Shown here: piece by piece, positions 39,497 through 50,227 of the stretch | Numbering within the stretch: the stretch's first letter is position 1 | Layout: each line of letters begins with the position of its first letter | Source of the DNA: an uncultured Gillisia sp. | GTDB taxonomy: Bacteria; Bacteroidota; Bacteroidia; Flavobacteriales; Flavobacteriaceae | Reading direction: 5' to 3' | NCBI GenBank assembly: GCA_963972215.1 | Contig: CAXATE010000006.1 | Location: forward strand, 54,476 to 118,475 | DNA: 64,000 bases | Notes under the pieces: generated by a model | Databases searched by the model: none | The model's input: the letters and a program-made list of their open reading frames with translations, nothing else | Told to the model about the DNA's origin: nothing | Made by a program: the position numbers and the translations under genes

Positions 39497-39654
39497 AAAT
39501 TGTTTGTTAAATTTTAAGTGACACTTAATCACCTTGAAAGCTTAGACGTTTTAATCTATCGTGCATTACAAGTGTCACTTTGTCAGCGGAACAGTCTTGG
39601 TATTTTTTTTGACTTAAGTATGGAAACAAATAATTCAACTAAATATTTTGATAT

Positions 39655-41541
39655 ATGGCAACAGGAAACATTAATGTATCTGTAGAAAACATTTTTCCAC
39701 TAATTAAAAAGTTCTTATACAGTGATCACGAGATCTTTTTACGTGAATTAATATCTAATGCAACAGATGCAACCTTAAAACTGAAACATCTTACCAGCAT
39801 TGGAGAAATAGATGTAGTATATGGAGACCCTAAGATCGAAGTAAAAATTAACGAGGAAAATAATACGCTTCATGTTAAAGACCAAGGGATTGGAATGACC
39901 AAAGAAGAGGTTGAAAAGTATATTAATGAAGTAGCTTTCTCCGGAGCCGAAGAATTCTTAGAAAAATATAAAGATTCTGCTAAAGATAGTGGCATCATTG
40001 GCCATTTTGGACTTGGTTTTTATTCTGCCTTTATGGTAGCTAATAAAGTAGAGATCATCACCAAATCTTATAAAGATGAGCCTGCAGCACATTGGATCTG
40101 TGAAGGAACTACCCAATTTACTTTGGAGGAATCCGATAGAACAGAGCGTGGTACAGAGATCATTCTTCATATTAATGATGAGGACAAACAATTTCTTAAA
40201 GAAGGAAGAATAAGTGAATTGCTTGTTAAGTATAATAAATTTATGCCCGTGCCAATTAAGTTTGGGACTAAAGAAGAGGCACTTCCTTTACCAGAAGATG
40301 CTGCTAAAGATGCTAAAGCAGAAACTGTAGAAGTAGATAATATTATAAATAACCCTACTCCGGCTTGGACAAAACAACCAGCAGATCTTGAGGATAAAGA
40401 TTACAAGAGTTTCTACAGGGAATTATACCCAATGCAGTTCGAAGACCCTTTATTTCATATCCATTTAAATGTAGATTATCCTTTTAACCTTACCGGGATC
40501 TTATATTTCCCAAAAATGGGTCAGGATATGAATATGCAAAAGGACAAGATCCAATTATACCAAAATCAGGTATATGTTACAGATAATGTAGAAGGAATTG
40601 TACCGGAATTTTTAACCATGCTTCGCGGGGTTATAGATTCTCCAGACATTCCATTAAACGTTTCAAGATCTTACCTTCAGGCAGATGGTGCTGTAAAAAA
40701 GATCTCTAGTTATATTACAAGAAAAGTTGCAGATAAGTTAAAAGCACTTTTCACTAATAATAGAGAAGATTTCGAAAAGAAATGGAATGATATTAAGATC
40801 GTTATTGAATACGGAATGCTTTCTGAAGATAAATTCTTTGAAAAGGCAGATAAATTCGCATTATATCCAACCGTAGATAATACGTATTTCACTTTTGAAG
40901 AACTTCAAGAAAAAATAAAAGATTCTCAAACAGATAAAGATGGAAATCTTATCATTCTTTATGCTTCTAATACAGATGCTCAACACAGCTATATTGAAGC
41001 TGCTAAAGAGAAAGGATATCAAGTTCTTTTATTAGATTCTCCAATAGTTTCCCACTTAATTCAGAAGTTAGAAACTTCAAAAGAAAAGATCTCTTTTGTT
41101 CGTGTAGATGGAGATAATATTGATAATTTGATCAATAAGGAAGAAGAAAAGATCTCTAAACTTTCTGAAGAAGAAAAAGAAAAGTTAAAAGCAGATTTCG
41201 AAAAAGTTGTTCCTCAAGGAAAATATACTGTGCAATTAGAAGCCATGGATAGCAATGCTTCTCCGCTTATCATTACTCAGCCTGAGTTTATGAGAAGAAT
41301 GAAGGAAATGCAACAAACCGGTGGTGGTGGAATGTTTGGAATGGGCAACATGCCGGAAATGTATAATTTGGTGGTGAATACTAATCACGAGTTAATTTCT
41401 GAAATTCTAAACACTAAAATAGAGAAAAAACAAGAACGCCTAATTAAGCAATCTTTAGATCTAGCCAGATTATCTCAAAACCTATTAAAAGGGGAAGAGC
41501 TAACTGCATTTATTAAACGTAGTTTTGAAATGGTGAAGTAA
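39655..41541 (+). CDS. htpG: Hsp90 chaperone HtpG
   Basis: FLRELISNATDA, DQGIGMT, IGHFGLGFYSAF, LNVSRSYLQ. Confidence 0.98.
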   Translation: MATGNINVSVENIFPLIKKFLYSDHEIFLRELISNATDATLKLKHLTSIGEIDVVYGDPKIEVKINEENNTLHVKDQGIGMTKEEVEKYINEVAFSGAEEFLEKYKDSAKDSGIIGHFGLGFYSAFMVANKVEIITKSYKDEPAAHWICEGTTQFTLEESDRTERGTEIILHINDEDKQFLKEGRISELLVKYNKFMPVPIKFGTKEEALPLPEDAAKDAKAETVEVDNIINNPTPAWTKQPADLEDKDYKSFYRELYPMQFEDPLFHIHLNVDYPFNLTGILYFPKMGQDMNMQKDKIQLYQNQVYVTDNVEGIVPEFLTMLRGVIDSPDIPLNVSRSYLQADGAVKKISSYITRKVADKLKALFTNNREDFEKKWNDIKIVIEYGMLSEDKFFEKADKFALYPTVDNTYFTFEELQEKIKDSQTDKDGNLIILYASNTDAQHSYIEAAKEKGYQVLLLDSPIVSHLIQKLETSKEKISFVRVDGDNIDNLINKEEEKISKLSEEEKEKLKADFEKVVPQGKYTVQLEAMDSNASPLIITQPEFMRRMKEMQQTGGGGMFGMGNMPEMYNLVVNTNHELISEILNTKIEKKQERLIKQSLDLARLSQNLLKGEELTAFIKRSFEMVK

Positions 41542-41566
41542 AAGAATCTTACTTAAATTAATAAGG

Positions 41567-41601
41567 AACCGTTTAGCTCATAATATTATGACTAAACGGT
41601 T
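41567..41601 (+). terminator. Terminator after htpG
   Basis: aaccgtttag...ctaaacggtt followed by a T-run. Confidence 0.7.
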
Positions 41602-41669
41602 TTTTAATTTTAAAACCTGAAAGCTTTGAAAGCTTTTGTAATTTTAGACCACCATAAAATATTAAAAAG

Positions 41670-42500
41670 ATGAAAAACTATATCCTCGCATTTGCAATAC
41701 TAGCTTTTATTGGTTGTAAAGATGAAACCAAAATTGATTCGAAAAAAGAAGAAGTTATTATGACGGAACCAAATGGAGGAATTGGAAAAGGCGCTGTATC
41801 TCCTGCTGTTGCCTTTGCTCAAGGAATAGAAAGTGCTCATAATAAAGCAGATTGGAATAATAAAAGAGCGGTCTCTTTCGATATTTCTCTATCCTTTGGA
41901 GGACAAGAACGATTAAACGGAAAAGTAACCTCACTAACCAATTCTTCAAAAGTGAGAATAGACAAAAAGAACGGCACACAACTTATCTATGATGGAAAAG
42001 AGGTGTATTTATGTCCCTCGAATGCTGATGCAAAAGGAGCTAGATTTGATATGTTTACTTGGCAATATTTCTTTTCAATTCCTTTTAAATTGACCGATCC
42101 CGGAACAAAATGGGAATCTATGGAATCTGTACAATTAAATGGAAATCCATACGATGTTGGAAAATTGAGTTTTGAAAACAATATTGGTGATGCGCCAGAT
42201 GATTGGTATGTAGTTTATCAAGAGAGACAATCCGGACTTTTACATGCTGCTGCTTATATAGTAACTTTTGGAACAGAACAAGAAAAGGCGGAGCAAAATC
42301 CACATGCCATAGTATATTCAGATTATAAGGTAATAGAAGGAATTCCAATTGCAACTAAATGGTCTTTCCATAACTGGAGTAAAACAACAGGATTTGGAGA
42401 TAAAATTGGGGAAGCTACGATTAGTAATGTGGTGTTTTTTGAAGCTGAAGATTCACTTTTTAAAGAACCAAAAAATTCTCTCGTTATAACTAAAGACTAA
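41670..42500 (+). CDS. Hypothetical lipoprotein (DUF6503-like)
   Basis: FIGC lipobox; IESAH, WQYFFSIPFKLTDPG, APDDWY motifs; family name from recollection. Confidence 0.6.
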   Translation: MKNYILAFAILAFIGCKDETKIDSKKEEVIMTEPNGGIGKGAVSPAVAFAQGIESAHNKADWNNKRAVSFDISLSFGGQERLNGKVTSLTNSSKVRIDKKNGTQLIYDGKEVYLCPSNADAKGARFDMFTWQYFFSIPFKLTDPGTKWESMESVQLNGNPYDVGKLSFENNIGDAPDDWYVVYQERQSGLLHAAAYIVTFGTEQEKAEQNPHAIVYSDYKVIEGIPIATKWSFHNWSKTTGFGDKIGEATISNVVFFEAEDSLFKEPKNSLVITKD

Positions 42501-44719
42501 TTAAGAATTCCAGTTGGGAGATTCTTGAAGATCACTTGATAAAAGCGAGCTGTGTCATACGGTTTAACTATGATATCGTTTAATCCAGCTTCATAGATCT
42601 CCTCTCTAATTTCATCAATTTCCATGGCGGTTAATGCTATTATAGGGATCTCTTTATTAAATACACGAATTCTCTTTGTGGCTTCCAAGCCAGAAATACC
42701 TGGCATGTTCACATCCATTAGTACCATTTCAAAGGTCTGATATTTCACCATTTCTATAGCATCTAACCCATTATCACAAATCTCTACCACAAACTGTTGT
42801 TGCTCTAAAATCCTTCTTGAAACAACCTGATTTATGCGGTTATCATCTACAACAAGAATTCTTTTATCACCCGAAGCCATTATAGAGCTTAAGATCTTTT
42901 CTTGATCTAAGATCTCATTTAATTCGGCAGCTTTAGAAATATCTGCATTTTCAAATTCTATGGTAAAGCTAAAAGTAGATCCAACGCCTTCTGAACTATC
43001 TAAATGAATAGAAGAATTAAATAAGGTCAATAATTTTTTAACAATAGGCAATCCTAAACCAGTTCCTTGATAATTGTAATTAGCCGACTGTAATTGTGAA
43101 AATTCTTCGAAAATGATCTCTTGATTACTCTTAGATATCCCAGATCCGTTATCCTTTATTTCGAAATAGACCATTGATCTATTATTAGGTGCTTCTATTA
43201 TCTTAGCAATTATCCAAATATCCCCTCTTTCTGTAAATTTCATGGCATTTCCCACCAAGTTCATCAAGATCTGAGAAAGTCTTACTTTATCCCCAATCAA
43301 ATTGATAGATTTATTCCCTTCCAATTCTAAATGAATGGTGTTTTTATTTTGAAGTCTTGTAAATTCAAATGATTTTACGATGCTATTCATTAATTCATTT
43401 AAATTGAAAGGCATATTTTCCAAATCCAATAAATTAGATTCCATCTTATTCATTTGCAAAACATCATTTATCAAAGCCAATAAATAATCTGCAGAGAATT
43501 TCAAGGATTTTAGATCTTCCTCATGTTTAGAAAGGGATTCGTCCTCCATTAGGATAGATGTTAAGCCAATTACGCCATAAAGTGGTGTTCGTAATTCATG
43601 ACTTATCGTGGAAAAGAATTTCGTTTTCAGCATAGAAAGTCGCTCTGCTTCCTCCTTAGCTTCCAACAACTCTTCATTTTTTTTACTTAATTCATTTATC
43701 AAAGTTCTTCTGGAAAGATTGATGCGATAAACGAAAATTATAATTATTAAAAGAACCACAAACGATCCAATCATAATATACATTCGCTCTCTGGACTTTT
43801 CTATTAATCCATCTTTATATAATTGTTCCTTACGAGCTATTTCCAGATCTCTTTGATATTCTCCTACATCAAATTTTGCGCTCGCAATTTGAATTTGTTC
43901 TAATTTTTCTTTCTGAAAGATCTTATCACTATACAGTTTAGCCTTTTCCAGCGCTTTATATGCTTCAGGATATTCTCCCTGGCTTTGCAATAAGTAAGCA
44001 TATTCAGAATAGATTTCTTCACCAAATACCACTAAACTATCACGCTCAACAATAGCTACCGACTTATCAAAATATTCTTTGGCTAAGGGGAAATTTTCCT
44101 TGGCTACGTAATACCTTGCTGTTAAAAAATTGAGTTGTGATAAATAAGAATTATTATCGGTGTCAGAATATAATTTTTGTCCCTTTTCAAGGTAAACCCA
44201 TGCTTTGTCATATTTCTTATAATCAATATATGTCCAAGCAATATTCAAGGTAGGAATCAATAATTCCTCCTTCATATTCATTTCTGTGGCAATATCTATT
44301 ATTTTCTGATAATAATTTATTCCCTTTTCAACAGTTTTTGGATTTTCAGAATAAATATTACCAAGGTAATTATAGGCTGTTAATACATAGCTAATATCAT
44401 TGAGCTTTTTAGCAAAATCTAACACATAGTTGTAATGTTTTAGTGCTCGAACAGTATCATTGAGATCTTCATAACTGAAGCCTAATAGAGCGTGGCCTTG
44501 ATAACTGTAGTAATTATTGGATTTGGCCTTCGCCTCAATTACCAGATCCATAGCATGCTCTATGGTTTCCTTATAATTATAGGTTTCTAGGAATTTAGCC
44601 GAATTATTATATAAAGAATCTAGATATTTGTCCTCATAGGGATTCTCCTGAGAAAGCATATTTCCAGTAGCAAAGACAAATAATAAAAGCAGAAAGTAGC
44701 TTTTTTCCAAAGATTTCAA
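42497..44719 (-). CDS. TPR-sensor hybrid histidine kinase / response regulator
   Basis: TPR-like sensor region, TM helix, SHELRTPL (H box), NLVGNAMKFT, DNGSG, GTGLGL, REC domain LMDVNMPG; TTG start. Confidence 0.93.
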   Translation of the reverse strand: MKSLEKSYFLLLLFVFATGNMLSQENPYEDKYLDSLYNNSAKFLETYNYKETIEHAMDLVIEAKAKSNNYYSYQGHALLGFSYEDLNDTVRALKHYNYVLDFAKKLNDISYVLTAYNYLGNIYSENPKTVEKGINYYQKIIDIATEMNMKEELLIPTLNIAWTYIDYKKYDKAWVYLEKGQKLYSDTDNNSYLSQLNFLTARYYVAKENFPLAKEYFDKSVAIVERDSLVVFGEEIYSEYAYLLQSQGEYPEAYKALEKAKLYSDKIFQKEKLEQIQIASAKFDVGEYQRDLEIARKEQLYKDGLIEKSRERMYIMIGSFVVLLIIIIFVYRINLSRRTLINELSKKNEELLEAKEEAERLSMLKTKFFSTISHELRTPLYGVIGLTSILMEDESLSKHEEDLKSLKFSADYLLALINDVLQMNKMESNLLDLENMPFNLNELMNSIVKSFEFTRLQNKNTIHLELEGNKSINLIGDKVRLSQILMNLVGNAMKFTERGDIWIIAKIIEAPNNRSMVYFEIKDNGSGISKSNQEIIFEEFSQLQSANYNYQGTGLGLPIVKKLLTLFNSSIHLDSSEGVGSTFSFTIEFENADISKAAELNEILDQEKILSSIMASGDKRILVVDDNRINQVVSRRILEQQQFVVEICDNGLDAIEMVKYQTFEMVLMDVNMPGISGLEATKRIRVFNKEIPIIALTAMEIDEIREEIYEAGLNDIIVKPYDTARFYQVIFKNLPTGILN

Positions 44720-44885
44720 TGGTTAAGTTAAATAAAACAGGGGCGGCAATTTACTCTATTCTAAACAATTAGCCAAAATTATCCTAAATATTTTATTTAT
44801 ACTTATTAAATAAACGTTTTCACTGCGATTTAAATTTCTTTTATTTAATTTCAACAGTTAAGAAATCTACCAAAAACAATTAACT

Positions 44886-45239
44886 ATGAATTATCCCTGG
44901 CACTTTATTTTAATGTCTGTTATGTACATAATTGCAGGAATATTTCATTTTATAAAGCCAAAGGCTTACTTAAGAATAATGCCTAGATATTTACCATCTC
45001 ATATAGCATTGGTATATCTAAGTGGGCTCGCAGAAATTGTTTTAGGTGTATCATTATTTTTCCCTGAAACCAAGGATCTTGCAATTTATGGAATCATTCT
45101 TATGCTCTTGATCTTCTTGTTGGTCCATTTCTATATGTTAAGCTCGAAGAAAGCTGGGGCTGGCATTCCAAATTGGATGTTACTACTTCGCCTTCCGCTT
45201 CAATTCGTTCTAATTTGGTGGGCATATTTTTACCTATAA
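44886..45239 (+). CDS. DoxX-like membrane protein
   Basis: AGIFHF, YLSGLAEI, RLPLQ; about 4 TM helices. Confidence 0.75.
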   Translation: MNYPWHFILMSVMYIIAGIFHFIKPKAYLRIMPRYLPSHIALVYLSGLAEIVLGVSLFFPETKDLAIYGIILMLLIFLLVHFYMLSSKKAGAGIPNWMLLLRLPLQFVLIWWAYFYL

Positions 45240-45242
45240 TAA

Positions 45243-45839
45243 TTGAATACAGATAAAACCTGCAATATTATTTCACTTCCAGATGCAGATCTATGTTATT
45301 ATCCAAAATTTTTAAATAAAATATGTGCTAATGAATTGTACAACAATCTTTTAAAAGAACTGGATTGGGAACAATACTATATTACGCTCTTCGGAAAAAA
45401 AATTGCGCAGCCAAGACTTACTGCCTTGTATGCAATAAATGAAAGTACCTATACCTATTCTGGACTTCAACTAATTCCTGAGCCTTACACCCAGGAATTA
45501 AAGAAATTGAATTCGTCGCTAAATGAATTAACTCGTCAAAAATTTACGCATTGCCTGGCAAATCTCTATAGAGATGGAAATGATAGCATGGGATGGCATT
45601 CAGATAATGAAAGGGAATTAGGAAAAGATCCTGTTATTGCATCCATTAGTTTAGGATCTGTTAGAAATTTTCAGCTTAAGCATATTAAAAATCCTGAATT
45701 TAAACACAATATCTACCTTGAGAATGGGAGTTTGCTTATCATGAAAGGGAGCACGCAAAAATTTTGGAAGCATCAATTACCAAAGTCAAAAAAAGATTTT
45801 TCGCCACGAATAAACCTCACTTTTAGAACTATTATATAA
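45243..45839 (+). CDS. AlkB-like 2OG-Fe(II) dioxygenase
   Basis: NLYRDGNDSMGWHSDNE (HxD), WKHQLPK, RINLTFR. Confidence 0.92.
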   Translation: MNTDKTCNIISLPDADLCYYPKFLNKICANELYNNLLKELDWEQYYITLFGKKIAQPRLTALYAINESTYTYSGLQLIPEPYTQELKKLNSSLNELTRQKFTHCLANLYRDGNDSMGWHSDNERELGKDPVIASISLGSVRNFQLKHIKNPEFKHNIYLENGSLLIMKGSTQKFWKHQLPKSKKDFSPRINLTFRTII

Positions 45840-45896
45840 ATTGTTGTACTCTGGTATTAAAAATTTACTGAATTTTAAAAAACGATAAAAATCCCC

Positions 45897-45904
45897 TACT
45901 TTTG
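45897..45904 (+). promoter_or_regulatory. -7 promoter box four bases before the Ktr/Trk start codon
   Basis: TACTTTTG followed by gctg and ATG at 45909. Confidence 0.6.
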
Positions 45905-45908
45905 GCTG

Positions 45909-47657
45909 ATGAATTTTGATTTAAAAAAACTAAATAGGACCGCTTTTTGGGCAAGTGTTCTAGGAATGTTTGCCTTTATTTTTGATTTTGGTTTTTCACA
46001 AACAATTCTAAGTCAACAAATAATTGATACGTTTTACTTTGTTGTAATAGCAATTGGTTTATTATCAACCTTTGCCAGATATATTAATAATCGGATTCTT
46101 TTAAAGAGAAAAGTAGCAATTTTCGATCTACTTTCAGTTGTTTACACATTGTACATTTTCTTTATGTACTTATTCGTGGGAGAAGCATTTAAAACCGATT
46201 TAATTTTAGAAAACCCGCTTTGGGTAGTTTTGGCGGTTATTTTGTCTTTCATTAGAGAATTTTCAGAATTAAAATTAAACTTAAATAGAACTTATCTTAA
46301 TCCAGCTCAGTTGTTCATTTTAAGTTTCTTCAGTATTATTCTCCTTGGCAGTTTTTTACTTTTATTACCAAAAGCAACTCACGATGGTATATCGTATATC
46401 GATGCATTGTTTACCTCTACAAGTGCGGTTTGTGTTACAGGTTTAATCGTAGTAGATACAGGTACCTATTTTACAGTTTTTGGACAATCTATTATTTTGT
46501 TTCTCATTCAAGTTGGTGGTTTAGGTATTTTAACTTTTGCCAGTTACTTTAGTTATTTCTTTAAAGGAGGAAGTACTTATGAAAATCAGTTGACATTAAG
46601 TGAAATGACGAATTCCCGAAAGATTGGTGATGTATTTGAAACTTTAAAAAACATCATTATAATCACTGCAACAGTTGAACTTAGTGCTGCTTTGCTTATC
46701 TTTTTTTCACTGGAAACTTCAATAATAAGCAGCTTTGCGGATAAGGTCTATTTTTCAATATTTCATGCAATTTCAGCCTTTTGTAATGCTGGATTTTCTA
46801 CATTAAGCAATAGTATTTACGAAACAGGCTTCCGTTTTAACTATCCCTTACAATTGGTTATTATCGCGACCTTTGGGTTGGGAGGTTTGGGGTTCCCAAT
46901 TGTAATGAATCTTATAAGTTATATAAAGCAGAAGATTTTCAATGTTTTTCGATTCAATTCCAAAGTTATAATCTATAAACCTTGGGTATTAAACATCAAT
47001 AGCAGAATTACATTGATCACCACTTTATCCCTTACAATTATTGGATTTATACTTTTTTTTATTTTGGAATACAATAACACCTTGGCAGAACATTCATTAT
47101 TTGGAAAAATTGTGAACGCATTGTTTGGAGCAGCTACACCTAGAACTGCTGGTTTTAATTCGGTTGATATGACAGCTTTAGCATTTCCAACCTTAATGAT
47201 AACATTTTTACTAATGTGGATTGGTGCTTCCCCAGCCTCCACTGGTGGTGGTATAAAAACCAGCACCTTTGCCATAGCAACCTTAAATATTTTAAGCTTA
47301 GCGAAAGGAAAGCAAAGGATAGAAGTTTTTAGAAGGGAAATTGCAGATATTTCGGTTAGACGAGCATTTGCAACCATAGCGCTTTCACTAATTGTAATAG
47401 GATCTGGAATAGTACTTATAACCATTTTTGACCCAGAAAAAAGTCTATTGGATATTGCATTCGAAAGTTTTTCAGCTTATAGCACAGTGGGTTTAAGTTT
47501 AGGGATTACAGGAAGCTTGAGTACTGTAAGTAAATTTATTGTTATTGTAATCATGTTTGTTGGTAGGGTAAGCATGCTTTCTATAATGGTAGCCGTATTT
47601 AAGAACATAAAACATAAAAATTATCGTTACCCTAGCGAAGAAATAACAATCAACTAA
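45909..47657 (+). CDS. TrkH/KtrB potassium uptake membrane subunit
   Basis: Four pore motifs: SAVCVTGL, AFCNAGF, PRTAGF, AYSTVGLSLG. Confidence 0.93.
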   Translation: MNFDLKKLNRTAFWASVLGMFAFIFDFGFSQTILSQQIIDTFYFVVIAIGLLSTFARYINNRILLKRKVAIFDLLSVVYTLYIFFMYLFVGEAFKTDLILENPLWVVLAVILSFIREFSELKLNLNRTYLNPAQLFILSFFSIILLGSFLLLLPKATHDGISYIDALFTSTSAVCVTGLIVVDTGTYFTVFGQSIILFLIQVGGLGILTFASYFSYFFKGGSTYENQLTLSEMTNSRKIGDVFETLKNIIIITATVELSAALLIFFSLETSIISSFADKVYFSIFHAISAFCNAGFSTLSNSIYETGFRFNYPLQLVIIATFGLGGLGFPIVMNLISYIKQKIFNVFRFNSKVIIYKPWVLNINSRITLITTLSLTIIGFILFFILEYNNTLAEHSLFGKIVNALFGAATPRTAGFNSVDMTALAFPTLMITFLLMWIGASPASTGGGIKTSTFAIATLNILSLAKGKQRIEVFRREIADISVRRAFATIALSLIVIGSGIVLITIFDPEKSLLDIAFESFSAYSTVGLSLGITGSLSTVSKFIVIVIMFVGRVSMLSIMVAVFKNIKHKNYRYPSEEITIN

Positions 47658-47667
47658 ATTATAAGGA

Positions 47668-48351
47668 ATGAAATATATAATTATTGGTCTAGGAAATTTT
47701 GGAGCCTCTTTAGCAGAAAAATTGACGGCACAAGGAAATGAAGTGATTGGAATAGACAGCAAAATGAATAAAGTAGATCTATTGAAGGAAAAAATATCAC
47801 ATACTATTTGTATGGATGCCACAGACGAGTTTACCGTTTCTGGCTTACCTCTTAAAGACACAGATGTAGTTATTATTGCCATTGGCGAGGATCAAGGGAC
47901 GAATATAATGGCTACTGCACTATTTAAAAATTTGCAGGTAAAACGTTTAATTAGTAGAGCTATAGACCCATTACACGAAAAGGTATTAATAGCCATTGGA
48001 GTGGATGAAATTGTTCATCCCGAAGAAGAAACAGCAGAACGTTGGGCTAAGAAACTATGTTTAAATAACGTGATAGACTCATTTGAATTAAGTGATCACT
48101 TTAGTATAATAGAAATAAATATTCCTGAAAGACATATAGGTAAAACTATTAGGGAAATTCAATTACGAAGGAACTACAACATTTTAGCACTTACCACTAT
48201 CAAAAAGACAGAAATAAAAAGTGTGGTTGGTAAAACCCGTAATGAAGATAAAGTTCAAGGCGTTGCTTCACCAGATACTATTCTTGAAGAAAATGATATT
48301 TTGGTGATCTATGGTGCAAATACAGACTTAAGAAAATTCACAAATCAATAA
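47668..48351 (+). CDS. TrkA/KtrA RCK regulatory subunit
   Basis: IIGLGNFG Rossmann motif, VHPEEE, TrkA-C region. Confidence 0.93.
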   Translation: MKYIIIGLGNFGASLAEKLTAQGNEVIGIDSKMNKVDLLKEKISHTICMDATDEFTVSGLPLKDTDVVIIAIGEDQGTNIMATALFKNLQVKRLISRAIDPLHEKVLIAIGVDEIVHPEEETAERWAKKLCLNNVIDSFELSDHFSIIEINIPERHIGKTIREIQLRRNYNILALTTIKKTEIKSVVGKTRNEDKVQGVASPDTILEENDILVIYGANTDLRKFTNQ

Positions 48352-48455
48352 AACGAAATAATAACACAATAGCTAAGGAATAAAATGAAATCGGCCATAA
48401 TAGAATACAGCCGATAACAGGTGATTTTCAATAATAAATTATCTAAAAGTTAAGC

Positions 48456-49238
48456 CTAATCAAAAATTTCATTTAAAACAGAAGCTAACCTAATCCCTCC
48501 TTTTTGTAATTGTTCTCCAACAACTGGAAACCAATCATACATATAGTTATATCCTAATTTCTCGCCAATTTCTGCCGACGCATATACTCTTTCACTTAGA
48601 GCTTTAGACTCGTACATCCAATCTTCAAAAGAACCAGAAGCAATTGCTTTTTTCTGTGTTTCAGAAAGTCTTGCAGTATTACTCGCCATTTCTGTGTAGC
48701 TCATCTGGTAAGAATCTATCATATCACTATCCCAAACTCTATGTAAATTTGTTCCTTCACCAAACCATCTTACCTGAATATCGTTTCCTCCTTTGTCCTC
48801 TCCTCTACCAGCGTGGAGAGGTTGATGTAAATCCCCAAGGAAATGAACCAACATCTTTAAATAAAATTCTTTTTCCTCTTTTGATGATTTTTTATCCTTC
48901 AACACCTCGACGCTTTTTCTTATCGCCATCAATAAATCTCCATCGGGATTAGCGTCTTCCGCCTTATATTCAGATGCCCCACCAGGTAAGTTCACATAAT
49001 GCCATGGACTATACATTCTGTATTTAGAATCACTTTTAATTTCGTCTCCAAACGTAGAGGCAAAGGCAAGGCTTCTTCCATTAAGCAATTTAGAGATCTC
49101 CTTTTTCGCATCTTTACTTAAATAGGATTGCGCGATCTCTGCTGTGGTTCTATGTCCCGTTTGCCCCCAATCATTATCACCTGCAAATCCAATAAATCCA
49201 TTTAATAAAATTAAGGCCGTAACTACTATTTGCTTCAT
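48456..49238 (-). CDS. S1/P1 nuclease, secreted
   Basis: Signal peptide; WGQTGH, WHYVN, HFLGDLHQPLH, NLHRVWD. Confidence 0.95.
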   Translation of the reverse strand: MKQIVVTALILLNGFIGFAGDNDWGQTGHRTTAEIAQSYLSKDAKKEISKLLNGRSLAFASTFGDEIKSDSKYRMYSPWHYVNLPGGASEYKAEDANPDGDLLMAIRKSVEVLKDKKSSKEEKEFYLKMLVHFLGDLHQPLHAGRGEDKGGNDIQVRWFGEGTNLHRVWDSDMIDSYQMSYTEMASNTARLSETQKKAIASGSFEDWMYESKALSERVYASAEIGEKLGYNYMYDWFPVVGEQLQKGGIRLASVLNEIFD

Positions 49239-49326
49239 AAATTAATTTTTTACAAATATATACAACCTAAAATAATCATATTGTTAATGTTTGATTAGTA
49301 AATTACAAATTATTATAATACATTTA

Positions 49327-49345
49327 TGATATCAATTTAATATCA
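49327..49345. promoter_or_regulatory. Tandem TGATATCA boxes upstream of the SPFH operon (candidate RHH operator)
   Basis: TGATATCA (49327-49334) and TAATATCA (49338-49345), 11-bp period. Confidence 0.5.
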
Positions 49346-49362
49346 CTTATAATTTTATTATT

Positions 49363-50226
49363 ATGGATTCCAACGAAAAAACTACCACTCCATCCAATGG
49401 CTATGTAATGCTTTCTTTTATTGTTATTTTTCTAATAATTGGAGTAGCTGGACTTATCACTATGAAAATGCCATTATTCCTCCTTTTAATTTTAATAACA
49501 CTCGCTCTTGTCCCAGGATTGATCTTAGTAAATCCTAACGAGTCCCGAGTATTACTACTTTTCGGAAAATATAAAGGTACCGTAAAGAACAACGGACTTT
49601 TTTGGGTGAATCCTTTCTTTACAAAAACTAAGATCTCACTTAGAGCTAGAAATTTTGACAGCGAACGTTTAAAAGTAAATGACAAACTAGGAAACCCAAT
49701 AATGATAAGTACTATTTTGGTTTGGAGAGTAAAGGACACTTTTAAAGCTTCTTTTGATGTTGATAATTTTGAGAATTTTGTAGTGGTACAAACCGATGCC
49801 GCTGTTAGAAAACTTGCCAGCATGTATCCATATGACAACTTTGCTGATGAAGGTTTGGAAGAAGATATTACGCTGAGATCTAGTGTAAATGAAGTAAGCG
49901 AAGCTTTAGAAAAGGAATTGCAAGAACGTCTTGATATAGCAGGTATTGAAGTGTTAGAAGCTAGGATTGGTTATTTAGCATATGCGAATGAAATTGCCAG
50001 TGCCATGCTCAAGCGCCAGCAAGCCACAGCTATAGTTGCTGCAAGACATAAGATTGTGGAAGGTGCGGTAAGCATGGTGGAAATGGCATTAAATGAATTA
50101 AGTAAGAAGAATATTGTACATCTGGACGACGAGCGCAGAGCTGCTATGGTAAGTAATCTTATGGTGATCCTTTGTGGAGACAAAGATGCTTCCCCAATTG
50201 TAAATGCTGGAACTTTAAATCATTAA
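49363..50226 (+). CDS. SPFH (band 7) domain membrane protein
   Basis: Two N-terminal TM helices; FGKYKGT, LKVNDKLGNP, MLKRQQA. Confidence 0.92.
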   Translation: MDSNEKTTTPSNGYVMLSFIVIFLIIGVAGLITMKMPLFLLLILITLALVPGLILVNPNESRVLLLFGKYKGTVKNNGLFWVNPFFTKTKISLRARNFDSERLKVNDKLGNPIMISTILVWRVKDTFKASFDVDNFENFVVVQTDAAVRKLASMYPYDNFADEGLEEDITLRSSVNEVSEALEKELQERLDIAGIEVLEARIGYLAYANEIASAMLKRQQATAIVAARHKIVEGAVSMVEMALNELSKKNIVHLDDERRAAMVSNLMVILCGDKDASPIVNAGTLNH

Positions 50227-50227
50227 T

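Noticed and set aside
49290-49315. GTTA-like words upstream of the S1/P1 nuclease read as a second Pho box
   Set aside because: Spacing is about 6 bp, not 11, and the region is very AT-rich.
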